Shown: piece by piece, positions 38,071 to 48,361 of the stretch
Layout: each line of letters opens with the position of its first letter
How positions within the stretch are numbered: position 1 is the first letter of the stretch
Source: a virus
IMG/VR virus record: IMGVR_UViG_3300042892_003815
Span: 64,001 to 128,000 of that record
Length of the DNA stretch: 64,000 nucleotides
Strand: one strand, 5' to 3'
The notes under the pieces: model-generated
Databases searched by the model: none
Told to the model about the DNA's origin: nothing
What the model saw: the letters and a program-made list of their open reading frames with translations, nothing else
Position numbers and translations under genes: made by a program

Positions 38071-39691
38071 ATGTTATGTTTCCACTACTTAGTTTAGGAC
38101 CAATATATCTAAAAGCAAATGTTTGTGATGGATTTCTGTCTGCAACGGATTGCCACTTTTTGACAGAGTAGTTTTGTTTAACTGCACCACCGCCACCACC
38201 TGCAAATCCTTTAGAGCTATTTGATACTACATTCCAACTACCATCATTATTTTTAGTATTAATTACAACTCCTATATGACCTGCTTTACTTCCTCTTGCC
38301 GTATTTAATATATCTCCAGGTTGTGCATCCTGCCAAGATATTTTACGATATAAATTACCATTTGAGAACCAACCTGCAAGTTCTCCAGTTCCTTTACTAC
38401 CAAAGTCACCAATAGATTTTGGATTAGATTTTACTGCACTACCTGTTCTCATATTAACACCAAATGCTCTGTAGAACATCATAGAAACTGCCGATGCACA
38501 ACCAAGAGCACCTTGTTCAGTTCCGGCAATATCATATGTTGGATGTCCAATATGACTAATTGCAGATGCTATTAAGTCACCAATCCATTGTGAATTTAAT
38601 AAATTAAATCCTTGCTGGCTTGTATGTGAATACTTTGTTGGTAGTGATAAAATCTTACCGGTAACAACATTACCTGGATCATATGAATCCTCAGTAGATG
38701 TTTCCTGTATTGAACTTGCTGCAGGTTCAACATCTGGGATACTCGCAGGAGCTTCATCTGAACCGACAAATTCAGATTCCGTATATTCATCTATACCTGG
38801 TGAATCATCATAAATAAACTCATCTTCTTCAGTACTAGGATTATTTAACAAATCTTTTTCTTTAACTTTACCAACATAAACTACAAATGATGTTATATCA
38901 CTTTTAACCTTTATTACATCTGGTGGTAAAACTACCGTCATTTTTTCCTTAGGTGGTTCATTGACCACTACTTTTACTGTAGGTGGTACTTCTGATTCGG
39001 GTGTTTTTAAAGGACTTTTATAAGGTATTATAGAACAACTTTCATTATCTGGTGAACAAAGTGCTAACTCTTCATAGTTAGGAACCTTTCTTTTCCAAGC
39101 TTCAATAACATCTCGTATTATTGAAAGATCGGTAACCAAACCACCATAAACTTGAGTTGGTTTATCAAATGATTTATATTCAATTTCTTGACTTTTACCA
39201 AATTGTAGTAAAGATGGTTCATCTATACCAATAATATTAAAAACAGTTTTATCAATTGATGGATTTCTATTTATTTCTTTTCCAGAGTCATCACTATAAG
39301 TTAGACCACCGGCCGTAAATTTTCCATCACTCCAAGATATAAATATTTGTGCACCATTATTCAAGTAATAAGGATCTGCACCATAATCTCTCCATTTTGG
39401 AGTTTTAATTTCCCAAGGATCTTGTATTATATCATAGGTTTTTCCGCCACCATCAATTTTAGAGTTCATAGTTATAAAATCATCTATAAATTGATCATCG
39501 GTAAACTCTTTATAGATGTCTTTCTTTCTATATGTCGTTGCTATCCAAACTGGTCTATCATTATTAGTTCCTACTAATATACGTTCATCTGCACCAAATG
39601 TTCGCCTTTCTTCATATATAGTTACCTTAATATCTAAAGTACCTGAATTCAGATCTCTTCTTCTTATTCTTACCGATTTAATCTCTTTCAT
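38069..39691 (-). CDS. tail-associated NlpC/P60-CHAP-like peptidoglycan hydrolase
   Basis: C-terminal GCASAVS (Cys), GHIGVV (His), VVSNSS. Confidence 0.65.
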   Translation of the reverse strand: MKEIKSVRIRRRDLNSGTLDIKVTIYEERRTFGADERILVGTNNDRPVWIATTYRKKDIYKEFTDDQFIDDFITMNSKIDGGGKTYDIIQDPWEIKTPKWRDYGADPYYLNNGAQIFISWSDGKFTAGGLTYSDDSGKEINRNPSIDKTVFNIIGIDEPSLLQFGKSQEIEYKSFDKPTQVYGGLVTDLSIIRDVIEAWKRKVPNYEELALCSPDNESCSIIPYKSPLKTPESEVPPTVKVVVNEPPKEKMTVVLPPDVIKVKSDITSFVVYVGKVKEKDLLNNPSTEEDEFIYDDSPGIDEYTESEFVGSDEAPASIPDVEPAASSIQETSTEDSYDPGNVVTGKILSLPTKYSHTSQQGFNLLNSQWIGDLIASAISHIGHPTYDIAGTEQGALGCASAVSMMFYRAFGVNMRTGSAVKSNPKSIGDFGSKGTGELAGWFSNGNLYRKISWQDAQPGDILNTARGSKAGHIGVVINTKNNDGSWNVVSNSSKGFAGGGGGAVKQNYSVKKWQSVADRNPSQTFAFRYIGPKLSSGNIT

Positions 39692-39692
39692 A

Positions 39693-40211
39693 TTATAATC
39701 CTCCTATTGAAAATCTACCATCTACTATTCTAACCGGTTCTCTTGGTGTATCCAAAACAACTGGTGATAGTGAAAAGTCATTCTCTATATAATTTTGTCT
39801 ATTAGGATCAACTCTAGTAGTTTTATTAGGATTATTTTGAACTCCTAACTGTTTAATAACATCATTATTAGTTTGTTCTAGAACTTCCGAATATCTGTAA
39901 GTTTCAAATTGACCCATTGTTGGAAATCTTAAAACCATCCCTTCTTTAATATTTAATGGATTATCTATATTATTTATTCTTAAAATAATATCGATATTCT
40001 CTAGCATTTCATAGATTGAATTTGGTGTTATATTATACATATTTTGAAATATCAAATCAATACGCATTTCATCCGTATCAGTTACAGTATATTCTTGCCA
40101 GTTATCTATAGAAGCAGAATCATTTTTAAAGATAATAGTTGGTTCAAAAAGATTATAAACCCCATCAGTAGTGTTAAACTTAATTGTTTTATATAAAGAA
40201 AATATATCCAT
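39693..40211 (-). CDS. baseplate wedge gp53/LysM-like protein
   Basis: YTVTDTDEMRIDLI..MY...ILRINNIDNPLNIKEGMVLRFP. Confidence 0.7.
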   Translation of the reverse strand: MDIFSLYKTIKFNTTDGVYNLFEPTIIFKNDSASIDNWQEYTVTDTDEMRIDLIFQNMYNITPNSIYEMLENIDIILRINNIDNPLNIKEGMVLRFPTMGQFETYRYSEVLEQTNNDVIKQLGVQNNPNKTTRVDPNRQNYIENDFSLSPVVLDTPREPVRIVDGRFSIGGL

Positions 40212-40227
40212 TTTTTATTTTTATTTT

Positions 40228-42438
40228 TTAAAGTCTAAACCCCGTCCAATCTATGTTTTGTAATGTTGTTCCTATTGTTGAGTTTGGATCCGGAACTACA
40301 CTTTGTGAATTAACTGATTCTTTTACAGTACCTGCCGCAGTTGCCGCAGTTGAATTTACGTTTGCACCAACTGTTGTAACTGAATTTTGTACATTGGTTA
40401 CTCCATTTTGTGCAGCTGTAACTGCACCGGTAATTGCACCTGCACCACCAGTCACAGTACCTGCCGCGGCTGCCGCTGCATTAGCTGCAGCTGTTGCTCT
40501 GGCTGCCAAAGTTGCCGCTTGACCTTGTCCACTATTTACAGCCGCAGTAACACCATCTAAACTATTCTGTGCATTGGCTAAATTAGTTGCCGCACCTGCA
40601 GTTAAATTAGGAACCCCAGTACTAATATCTGTATTAAAGTTATTTGCAAATGTAGGAACAGGTGGTAATTGAGGACCTGCCGCAACTGTAGCTATTGTAG
40701 GTGTAGTTACCGGTGCAGTTGTTGGGACAGTTGCACCAGCTACACCTGCCACTGATCCAGGTGCCACTGCACCTGCCACTGCGTTTGTTGTAGCACTAGT
40801 ATTTGTAGGATTTGTACCGGAACTAGTTTGTGGTGAAACATAAATCTGATCTTGAAGTCTCTCTCCATGATTTAGATCATTTGTATCCTTAACAATAGTA
40901 ACAACCCTAATAGAACCGGAGTTAAACTTCGCAGCAATTTCTTGTAGACCCCAAGGTCTTGCATTAGTTAAAGTAAATGTTGCTTTTATATTTGATGGTA
41001 AGTCATTAAATGCTAATGTAGCTCCTAAATCCAATGCCAAATCTGAATCCATATACATATCACCTGCACAAAAAACAGGTCTTAAAGGATTACCAATGGT
41101 AATATGCCAAGGTGTTGAAGGTGCTCCACTAAGTGATCTTGCTATACCTTCAAGTGCAATTCTATATTTGTTAAGTTGTCTAGATAGACCATTTTTTAGA
41201 TCATCAATAAGTTTTTCTGCATAGCCTTCTGCACTAATCTCTTCTAATTTAGACTTGTTTTTTTCAGCGGTTTCTTTCTCCCTTTCTGCCTTTGCCTTAT
41301 CATCTTGAGGTGCAAGTGTTTCTTTGATACCATCTATCATCTCTTGTATAGAAGTTATTGCCTTATCTAATCCTTCTTTAATATATTTAACCATGTCTTC
41401 AACAATTGTTTCTGGATAATCCATCCATTTCTTCATAGTTTTTTCAAAAGAACCTTTTAATCCATAGTTATTACTTCTAGATGTCGCAAATGTTAGTATT
41501 TTACCCAGAATATCCTGCCAAGCAATAGTTGGATCAATACCAGATATGAATTTCTGTTCCCACTCACAAATCATTTGTATAGAAACTGTACAATTTAGTC
41601 CTGACCCAGCCGCCTCACTCTTAATGGTTTGTCTTCTTTTTGCCATCTTGATAAGATTGGGATTTCCTGAAGGAAGTGGAGTTTTCATATCATCTTCAAT
41701 AACACCCAATCTCGCCAATACCGTTCTTTGTATTGTTTCAGTAAATCCAGGTAAAGGAACAACTGCAATACCACCACCAATTTTTTGACCAAGTGTTTTA
41801 CCAAGAAAGTCTTCACCTAAAGAGTCTAATACTGATTTAAAATCAGCTTCTGCGTCTTCCCATTTTTCTCCAAATGAGATTTTTAAGAAATCTTCACCTT
41901 GTGGCTTCCATGAGATCATAATAGCAAGTGGTTGTCCAGTTGGAAGACCTTTAAGAAAAATATTATCATTATGTGGTGTTCCAAATCTTCTTGCAATCAT
42001 TAGTCTATTATTAGGAAAAACACCAACATCTTTAAGATATGCAAAGTCAGAAGGTCTCAACTCTGCTTGTGTACCAGATAGTTGTTCAATTATATTTAAT
42101 AAACTTGTATCATATACTGTGTTATTATGTAAACTACTTCTTTTAATACCCTTATAAGGACCAGACATATCCATACCACCACCAGTTGTTGTTCCTAATT
42201 TACCAATATTACCATAAGGTGCAACTGATGCAGAAGCAGATCCACTAAATAAAGATCTAGTACCTACTGATCCGGAAAAATTACCAGTTGTTTGGTTCAT
42301 TTGACCACTAGTCGCATTATTATATGCGTTTACTGATATTTTTCTACTGGCACCACCATTAAATGTTGACATACCATCAGAAGTTGGTAAACTTCTAACA
42401 CCAATAAGACCAAGTGGAGAACCGCCTAAAATAGCCAT
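40228..42438 (-). CDS. putative baseplate/tail protein with Ala/Thr-rich C-terminus
   Basis: Upstream of the gp53-like gene; STPWHITIGNPLRPVFCAGDM segment; low-complexity tail. Confidence 0.5.
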   Translation of the reverse strand: MAILGGSPLGLIGVRSLPTSDGMSTFNGGASRKISVNAYNNATSGQMNQTTGNFSGSVGTRSLFSGSASASVAPYGNIGKLGTTTGGGMDMSGPYKGIKRSSLHNNTVYDTSLLNIIEQLSGTQAELRPSDFAYLKDVGVFPNNRLMIARRFGTPHNDNIFLKGLPTGQPLAIMISWKPQGEDFLKISFGEKWEDAEADFKSVLDSLGEDFLGKTLGQKIGGGIAVVPLPGFTETIQRTVLARLGVIEDDMKTPLPSGNPNLIKMAKRRQTIKSEAAGSGLNCTVSIQMICEWEQKFISGIDPTIAWQDILGKILTFATSRSNNYGLKGSFEKTMKKWMDYPETIVEDMVKYIKEGLDKAITSIQEMIDGIKETLAPQDDKAKAEREKETAEKNKSKLEEISAEGYAEKLIDDLKNGLSRQLNKYRIALEGIARSLSGAPSTPWHITIGNPLRPVFCAGDMYMDSDLALDLGATLAFNDLPSNIKATFTLTNARPWGLQEIAAKFNSGSIRVVTIVKDTNDLNHGERLQDQIYVSPQTSSGTNPTNTSATTNAVAGAVAPGSVAGVAGATVPTTAPVTTPTIATVAAGPQLPPVPTFANNFNTDISTGVPNLTAGAATNLANAQNSLDGVTAAVNSGQGQAATLAARATAAANAAAAAAGTVTGGAGAITGAVTAAQNGVTNVQNSVTTVGANVNSTAATAAGTVKESVNSQSVVPDPNSTIGTTLQNIDWTGFRL

Positions 42439-42493
42439 AACTAATAATTATTTTTTATATACTATATATAAAATATTACTAATCTCTGATTAT

Positions 42494-42883
42494 CTAATAA
42501 TCACGAATAATTTGTGAATTTGAAAATTTTGATAGATTTGAGAAAACATCATCCATTACTTCTGGATTTCTTCTAAATTCATTGTAGAATATTAGAACAT
42601 TAAAATTGTTTTCTCCGAGTATTTTTTTTAAGTTAAGTAGTTTTTCGATTGAAAATTCGTTATCGAAGTCAGGAATATAATATATGTCCTTCTTTTTATC
42701 TATTGCTTGTTGTATTTTGTTAAAAATTAAAATTTTCAGGTACGTTTTATCATCTGTGAAGTCAACCTCTTCTTCACTAATTATTTTATTTATATCTATG
42801 ATATATTTATTTTTGATGGCGTTCACCTTTACAAATTTATCAAATTTTTTTCTAGTTTTGCAATAGACACAAAAGAACTCCAT
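42494..42883 (-). CDS. hypothetical protein
   Basis: 129 aa; alpha/beta pattern, possibly a degenerate kinase fold. Confidence 0.6.
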   Translation of the reverse strand: MEFFCVYCKTRKKFDKFVKVNAIKNKYIIDINKIISEEEVDFTDDKTYLKILIFNKIQQAIDKKKDIYYIPDFDNEFSIEKLLNLKKILGENNFNVLIFYNEFRRNPEVMDDVFSNLSKFSNSQIIRDY

Positions 42884-42955
42884 TCATTTTATTTATTTTT
42901 AACAATTTATATATAATTTCGATTAAAGTCCCTTTAATTTTTAATATATAACAAT

Positions 42956-44329
42956 ATGGAAAAATATTCAGATAAATTTTTAAACCAATCAAGTAAGCTT
43001 AAAAATGCAATAGTAGGAATGGAGTTTGAGTTCTATATGAAAGATCTTTCTTTTTATAAAACATTAGAACTACTTAACCAAGAGCTAGACCCAGTAAAGG
43101 TTTGGGGTTTTAGAGAGTATCACTCTGACTTTACACCAGATGATAGAAACTTTAAAATCGAACCCGATTTATCAGGAGGTTCAAACATGGTTGAGTTAGT
43201 AACTGGACCATTAGATTATTTTGATGCTAAGTATTTTCTTGTTAAAATTATTAAGTTTATTCAGACTTATGGATATACTAACGAGAAATGTTCTATTCAC
43301 TTTAACTTATCATTCAATGGAGAAAAAAACTTAAATGACTTAAATATATTAAAACTTATATTAAATACGGATGAAGACGAGATATACAGATGTTATCCAT
43401 CTAGAAAGTCAAATGTTTATGCAAAAAGTATTAAAAACATGATTCCTTTTAAAGAATATGACTTTTTTAATATTCCTATTTCAGTTGTTAAAAATAATTT
43501 AAGATTACCAAATGATAAGTACTTTGGTATAAACTTCTTACATATCAATAATGATAAAGAAACCCAAAGATTAGAGTTAAGATATATTGGTGGTAAAGAC
43601 TATGAAAAGAACCTAGGTCAACTAATTTATTTTATGGATAGATTTATTATAAATGTATTTGATTCTATTGATACCTTATTTAATGCCGAAGATGTTTCTA
43701 AACTAGAAGAGTTTCTAGAAGAAAATATATCTAAATTTAAAAATCTTTCAAAATATGATAATTTTATTGTTGATTTCCCTAGTGTACAAATACAAATAGA
43801 CCAGAATAATAGTTATGATATGGTAAATACTTACTATGATAAAATATATCCAAAATTATTTAGTTTAGTTGAAGCAACACAAGATCTAAAAGAGTGTATC
43901 ATAAACTATGTTATAAACACTCAAATAGTTGAAATAGTTGATGCAAATTTTAAATCAATTTTAACAATTAAAGGATGTGACCTAATAAACTGTAATGTTG
44001 AAGGAATCTTTGAAGATTGTTTTTTCGTTGGATCTGAAATAAAAAACTCACAACTAACAAAATCTAAAATTCAACACTCTGATGTAGACAATTCAAAAGT
44101 ATTCAACTGTAAAGTAGAGCAAAGTGAATTGACTAATTGTTATTTTATGGGTGGTTATCTTAATGGTAATATGCATGCCGGTGTATTCCGTTCAGGTGAA
44201 TTAGGACCTTATGCTAGTTTAGATTCAGATGTTAAAGTTGTTACTGATACTTCCAACTTCTTTGATACTCCATTTGAAGAAGATAGTAAAGGAGATAAAC
44301 AAGGTGATATAAAAGGATTTAAAAAGTAA
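42956..44329 (+). CDS. putative amidoligase (COOH-NH2 ligase type) with C-terminal beta-helix-like repeats
   Basis: GMEFEF, IEPD.SGG..VELVTGP, CSIHFNLS, KYFGIN, RLELRYIGG. Confidence 0.65.
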   Translation: MEKYSDKFLNQSSKLKNAIVGMEFEFYMKDLSFYKTLELLNQELDPVKVWGFREYHSDFTPDDRNFKIEPDLSGGSNMVELVTGPLDYFDAKYFLVKIIKFIQTYGYTNEKCSIHFNLSFNGEKNLNDLNILKLILNTDEDEIYRCYPSRKSNVYAKSIKNMIPFKEYDFFNIPISVVKNNLRLPNDKYFGINFLHINNDKETQRLELRYIGGKDYEKNLGQLIYFMDRFIINVFDSIDTLFNAEDVSKLEEFLEENISKFKNLSKYDNFIVDFPSVQIQIDQNNSYDMVNTYYDKIYPKLFSLVEATQDLKECIINYVINTQIVEIVDANFKSILTIKGCDLINCNVEGIFEDCFFVGSEIKNSQLTKSKIQHSDVDNSKVFNCKVEQSELTNCYFMGGYLNGNMHAGVFRSGELGPYASLDSDVKVVTDTSNFFDTPFEEDSKGDKQGDIKGFKK

Positions 44330-45087
44330 TGAAACATTTAAGAAGTATAAATGAAGCTTATCAAGTTAGAGAAGTTGAAGATTTTGTGAAAGATCATTTG
44401 GCTTATTTACTAGATGATCAAACTTTTGATATTAAAGTTGAATTATCTGATAATGAATCTCCTAAAAAGTATCGAATAATGTTGTATAAAACTGGTACAG
44501 AAACAACATTAAAATATATGGCAAATGGTTTAAAAAGAGTAGATGTGGATAGATTTGCTTGGTTTGAAGTAAAAGAATATTTTTTACCATTTTTTCACTT
44601 TTTCAAAAAAGAATACTCAATAACATCATTCTCATTTTTCGATAAGGAAAGTAATTATTTAAGTGTAAAGTCTACTGATATAAAAGATAGTTTTAATTAC
44701 AATAGATATATTTATTCGATAAATATGGAAATACATGCAGATACTATATTAGATTATATAAAAGCATTACATGATAAAGAAGAGATAAGAAAAATAGGAG
44801 AAAGTGATAGATTTTCAGTTTGGATGAAAAAATCTAATGTAGGAAGCAGGAGAGTTTATTATATTTTCTTTAAAGTTGTTGTCGCTAATGCAAATAATCC
44901 TTGTAAAGTTTTAAAAATGAATTATGATACACAATCTTCTGCACATTATAATTTTACTATACAATACAATTATTTTAAAACAATTGGATTTAATTCATTA
45001 GATCCACTTTTAGCTAGAAATAATATAGATTTTGGTGATTTTAATCGTGCTTGGTATTATATCGAAGAAGAATATAATAACAGATAA
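44329..45087 (+). CDS. LAYLxDD-domain protein with capsid-targeting-like leader
   Basis: MKHLRSINEA leader; domain shared with 23918..25015. Confidence 0.65.
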   Translation: MKHLRSINEAYQVREVEDFVKDHLAYLLDDQTFDIKVELSDNESPKKYRIMLYKTGTETTLKYMANGLKRVDVDRFAWFEVKEYFLPFFHFFKKEYSITSFSFFDKESNYLSVKSTDIKDSFNYNRYIYSINMEIHADTILDYIKALHDKEEIRKIGESDRFSVWMKKSNVGSRRVYYIFFKVVVANANNPCKVLKMNYDTQSSAHYNFTIQYNYFKTIGFNSLDPLLARNNIDFGDFNRAWYYIEEEYNNR

Positions 45088-45120
45088 TATTTACATTATT
45101 GGAATAAAATATATAGTACT

Positions 45121-46605
45121 ATGAAAAACGTAAAACAATTTAATAAATTTGATTTAATCAAAGAAGAATCTTCACCAAGGCTACCAGTTGATGAAAAATA
45201 CTGGTTGAGAAAAGGTAAAGAAGGTAAAAATGTTGCTCTTTATACTCACGATGATATGGATGGTATTTTCTCTGCAATCGAAGTAAAGAAATACTTACTT
45301 AATAAAGGATTTACTATTGTTAAATATGGTATTCTTAACTATACAGAAGGTTGGAAATATACAACTTTAGATCCTAAACTTATAAATGTTGTTTTAGATT
45401 TTGCTTCTATGCCAGGAGACGAGAGAGATGATCTAATTGATTATTACTTAGATCATCACGGATTATTTAGTGCGGAAGATTTAGAAAAATATAAAAGTTC
45501 ACCAGTACAAAAGAAAAAAACTGCTTCTGCTTATGAGGCAATTTGTCAAGCACTTGGTGTTCCACAAGATTCACTAACATTAGATGTTATTGATATGATC
45601 GATGCGGCTAAATACCAAGATTATGAAATAGATTGGCAAAGACTTTTAGATTTTAATCTATCAGAGATTAAAAAATCTCCTAAAAGAAGATTAGAGTTTG
45701 GTGCTGCATTTAATCAATTTATAAAACGTTCAGATTCAAAAACAATTATATCTGTTATTGAAAACTGTCCTGATGCTTCTATTTACTCTATCTTTAATGT
45801 AATGAAGAAAGTTTATCCAGAACACAATGTTACAATGGGTGGACCTAAAAGAGGTGAAAAGAAAGACTTTATTGAAGATTCTGAATGGAGATTAGGGGAG
45901 ATGCAAAAGAAAACTAGAGGTTCAATGACTTCTAAAAAAACTTATAATACACAAGCTGAGTTTACCAGCCAATTTAAAAATGGTCAATATCTTCAAATAA
46001 ATGGTTATCAAAAAATTGGAGATCTAGTTTTCGTACCAACTGGTACTTGGGCCAATGCTTTAAGAGCTAGAACTATTGTTGAGAAAGACTTTAGAGATGG
46101 TGTTTTAGATAAAGAACCTAACTTTATATTATTACAATATGGATCAACTTTACAAGTTTGTTCATATAAGAAAATGGATGAGATTGAAAATCTTCCTAAA
46201 TTAAGAACTGGTGAAGTTGTAAGTGATTTAGGTAAATATATGACAGACTTATTACAAAACTTCCAAAAACACTTAGGTTATTATAACCCGGATACTTCAT
46301 TAGGACAAGATGAGATTACTGTCTCAGGTGGTCATGGTGGAATTGGATCAATTTCAAACGTTTTTGGAGTTTGTGAGCAAGAACAGTATAAAGGATTAAA
46401 ATATGTTGATATGTTTAAGAATAAAATTATATCAGACTTATCAGGTGTTCCTTTCAATTTAAGTTTAAAATGGAGTGAACCCGCAGAATATTTCAATCCA
46501 AAGTCTCCGGAAATGGATAATAAAGTAATTGCAACTAAAGATGTTACTAAATTAGACAAACAAGGTAATTTAATCAAAAGTTTTGAAAACTTTAAAACAA
46601 GATAA
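45121..46605 (+). CDS. DHH-family phosphoesterase with capsid-targeting-like leader
   Basis: HDDMDG, VVLDFA, LDHHG and C-terminal GGHGG; starts MKNVKQFNKFDLIKEE and ends IKSFENFKTR. Confidence 0.8.
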   Translation: MKNVKQFNKFDLIKEESSPRLPVDEKYWLRKGKEGKNVALYTHDDMDGIFSAIEVKKYLLNKGFTIVKYGILNYTEGWKYTTLDPKLINVVLDFASMPGDERDDLIDYYLDHHGLFSAEDLEKYKSSPVQKKKTASAYEAICQALGVPQDSLTLDVIDMIDAAKYQDYEIDWQRLLDFNLSEIKKSPKRRLEFGAAFNQFIKRSDSKTIISVIENCPDASIYSIFNVMKKVYPEHNVTMGGPKRGEKKDFIEDSEWRLGEMQKKTRGSMTSKKTYNTQAEFTSQFKNGQYLQINGYQKIGDLVFVPTGTWANALRARTIVEKDFRDGVLDKEPNFILLQYGSTLQVCSYKKMDEIENLPKLRTGEVVSDLGKYMTDLLQNFQKHLGYYNPDTSLGQDEITVSGGHGGIGSISNVFGVCEQEQYKGLKYVDMFKNKIISDLSGVPFNLSLKWSEPAEYFNPKSPEMDNKVIATKDVTKLDKQGNLIKSFENFKTR

Positions 46606-46608
46606 TAT

Positions 46609-47586
46609 ATGAAAGTTTTGTATGGCATTCAACTAACAGGAAATGGACATATAACAAGGTCTATAAAAATAATTACGGCATTAAAATCTGCTGGATTTGA
46701 TGTAGATATTATAACATCGGGTACCAATTCACAATTAAAGTTACCATTTGAAATTAAAAAACAATTTCAAGGTTTATCATTCTTTTATAATAAGAAAGGT
46801 GGGATAGATTGGATAAAAACCTTATTATCACTTAGACTAAAGCAATTTTTATCAGATCTAAAATATGATGTAAGTTCATATGATCTTATAATATCTGACT
46901 TTGAACCAGTATCTGCATGGAGTGCCAAAAGATCTAATAAAAAATCATTAGGTATTGGTAATCAATACTCATTTAGATCTAAAAAAACACCTAGACCTTT
47001 CTTCAAAGATATATTCTCAGAATTATTCATAAAATACTTTGCACCGTGTAAAGAACATATCGGTATAAACTACAAAAAGTATGACAAGTTTATTACACTA
47101 CCTATTATAAATGATGATTTCATAGATAAGAAAGTAACCGATAAGAAATTCTACTTAGTTTATTTACCTTCAATGTCTTCAAAATTTATCTCATATGAGA
47201 TAAATACGTATGGTACAGGAAATTGGAAAGTTTACTCACCTGATGTATTGAAGGATGTAACTGATGGTATAGTAAAATTAAAAAAGTTAGATAAAGAAAA
47301 ATTTAGCAAAGACTTATTAAATTGTTCTGGTGTTATAACTGCATCCGGATTTTCTACAACATCAGAAGCACTAGTATTAGGAAAAAAACTTTGGTCTATT
47401 CCTATTAGGGGTCAATATGAACAACTTTGTAATGCAAAATCACTTAAAAAAATGGGTGTGTTTACTGATTATTTGAATGCCGATAATTTATTTGAATGGA
47501 TTTATAACTATAAAAGTATTAAATATGACTGGAATGATCCAATTGATGATATTGTGAAGAAAATCAATGATTATGCAAAAAGTTAG
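46609..47586 (+). CDS. GT-B glycosyltransferase (MJ1255/VC2487-like)
   Basis: MKVLYGIQLTGNGHITRS, ISDFEP, SGFSTTSEAL, GQYEQ.CNA. Confidence 0.85.
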   Translation: MKVLYGIQLTGNGHITRSIKIITALKSAGFDVDIITSGTNSQLKLPFEIKKQFQGLSFFYNKKGGIDWIKTLLSLRLKQFLSDLKYDVSSYDLIISDFEPVSAWSAKRSNKKSLGIGNQYSFRSKKTPRPFFKDIFSELFIKYFAPCKEHIGINYKKYDKFITLPIINDDFIDKKVTDKKFYLVYLPSMSSKFISYEINTYGTGNWKVYSPDVLKDVTDGIVKLKKLDKEKFSKDLLNCSGVITASGFSTTSEALVLGKKLWSIPIRGQYEQLCNAKSLKKMGVFTDYLNADNLFEWIYNYKSIKYDWNDPIDDIVKKINDYAKS

Positions 47587-48316
47587 AACATTATTTATAT
47601 CAGATGTTCACCTAGGAACTAAAAAATCACAAGCTAATAAATTATTAGATGTTTTAAAAGATTATGAATTTGAAAATTTAATAATTATTGGTGATTTTAT
47701 AGATTTAACTTCTTTAAAGAAAAAATTTTATTGGAATGAAGATCACTCAACTGTTATACAAAAGATACTTAGACTATCAAGAAAAGGAGTCAATGTTGTT
47801 TATTTGTTAGGAAATCACGATCATTTTTTAAGAGGTCTAATAAAAGAAGAACAATTTGATATAAATCTAGGAAATATTCTAATTTGTGATGAGTACCAAT
47901 ATGAAACTTCTAAAGGAGAAAAGATTTTTATTTGCCACGGAGATCAATTCGATGGATTTATAAGACTACATCCATTTTTATATGTATTAGGTGATTTTGC
48001 ATATGAGTTAAGTTTTAAGATAAATAAAATTTATAATAAATTAAGAAGAGTATTTGGTTTAGACTATTGGTCTTTATCAAAGTACTTAAAATCAAAAGTA
48101 AAAGATGCAATTGTATTTGTAAATGACTTTAAATACTTATCAATAAAGAAATTAAAAGAAACGGATTGTGATTCCATAATGATTGGTCACATACATACTC
48201 CCGCAATAGAAAAGATTGATAGTAAGAACTACTATAATACTGGCGACTTTTGTGAGTCTTGCTCTTTTCTATACGAAGATTTAGACGGAAATATAAAATT
48301 ATTTATAATTGAGTAA
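47573..48316 (+). CDS. UDP-2,3-diacylglucosamine diphosphatase (LpxH-like) metallophosphoesterase
   Basis: FISDVHLG, IIGDFID, LGNHD, CHGD, IGHIH, YNTGDF. Confidence 0.8.
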   Translation: MQKVRTLFISDVHLGTKKSQANKLLDVLKDYEFENLIIIGDFIDLTSLKKKFYWNEDHSTVIQKILRLSRKGVNVVYLLGNHDHFLRGLIKEEQFDINLGNILICDEYQYETSKGEKIFICHGDQFDGFIRLHPFLYVLGDFAYELSFKINKIYNKLRRVFGLDYWSLSKYLKSKVKDAIVFVNDFKYLSIKKLKETDCDSIMIGHIHTPAIEKIDSKNYYNTGDFCESCSFLYEDLDGNIKLFIIE

Positions 48317-48361
48317 CAACTTATTTATTTTTACTTCTATAATTAAAAAAATATATTTATA

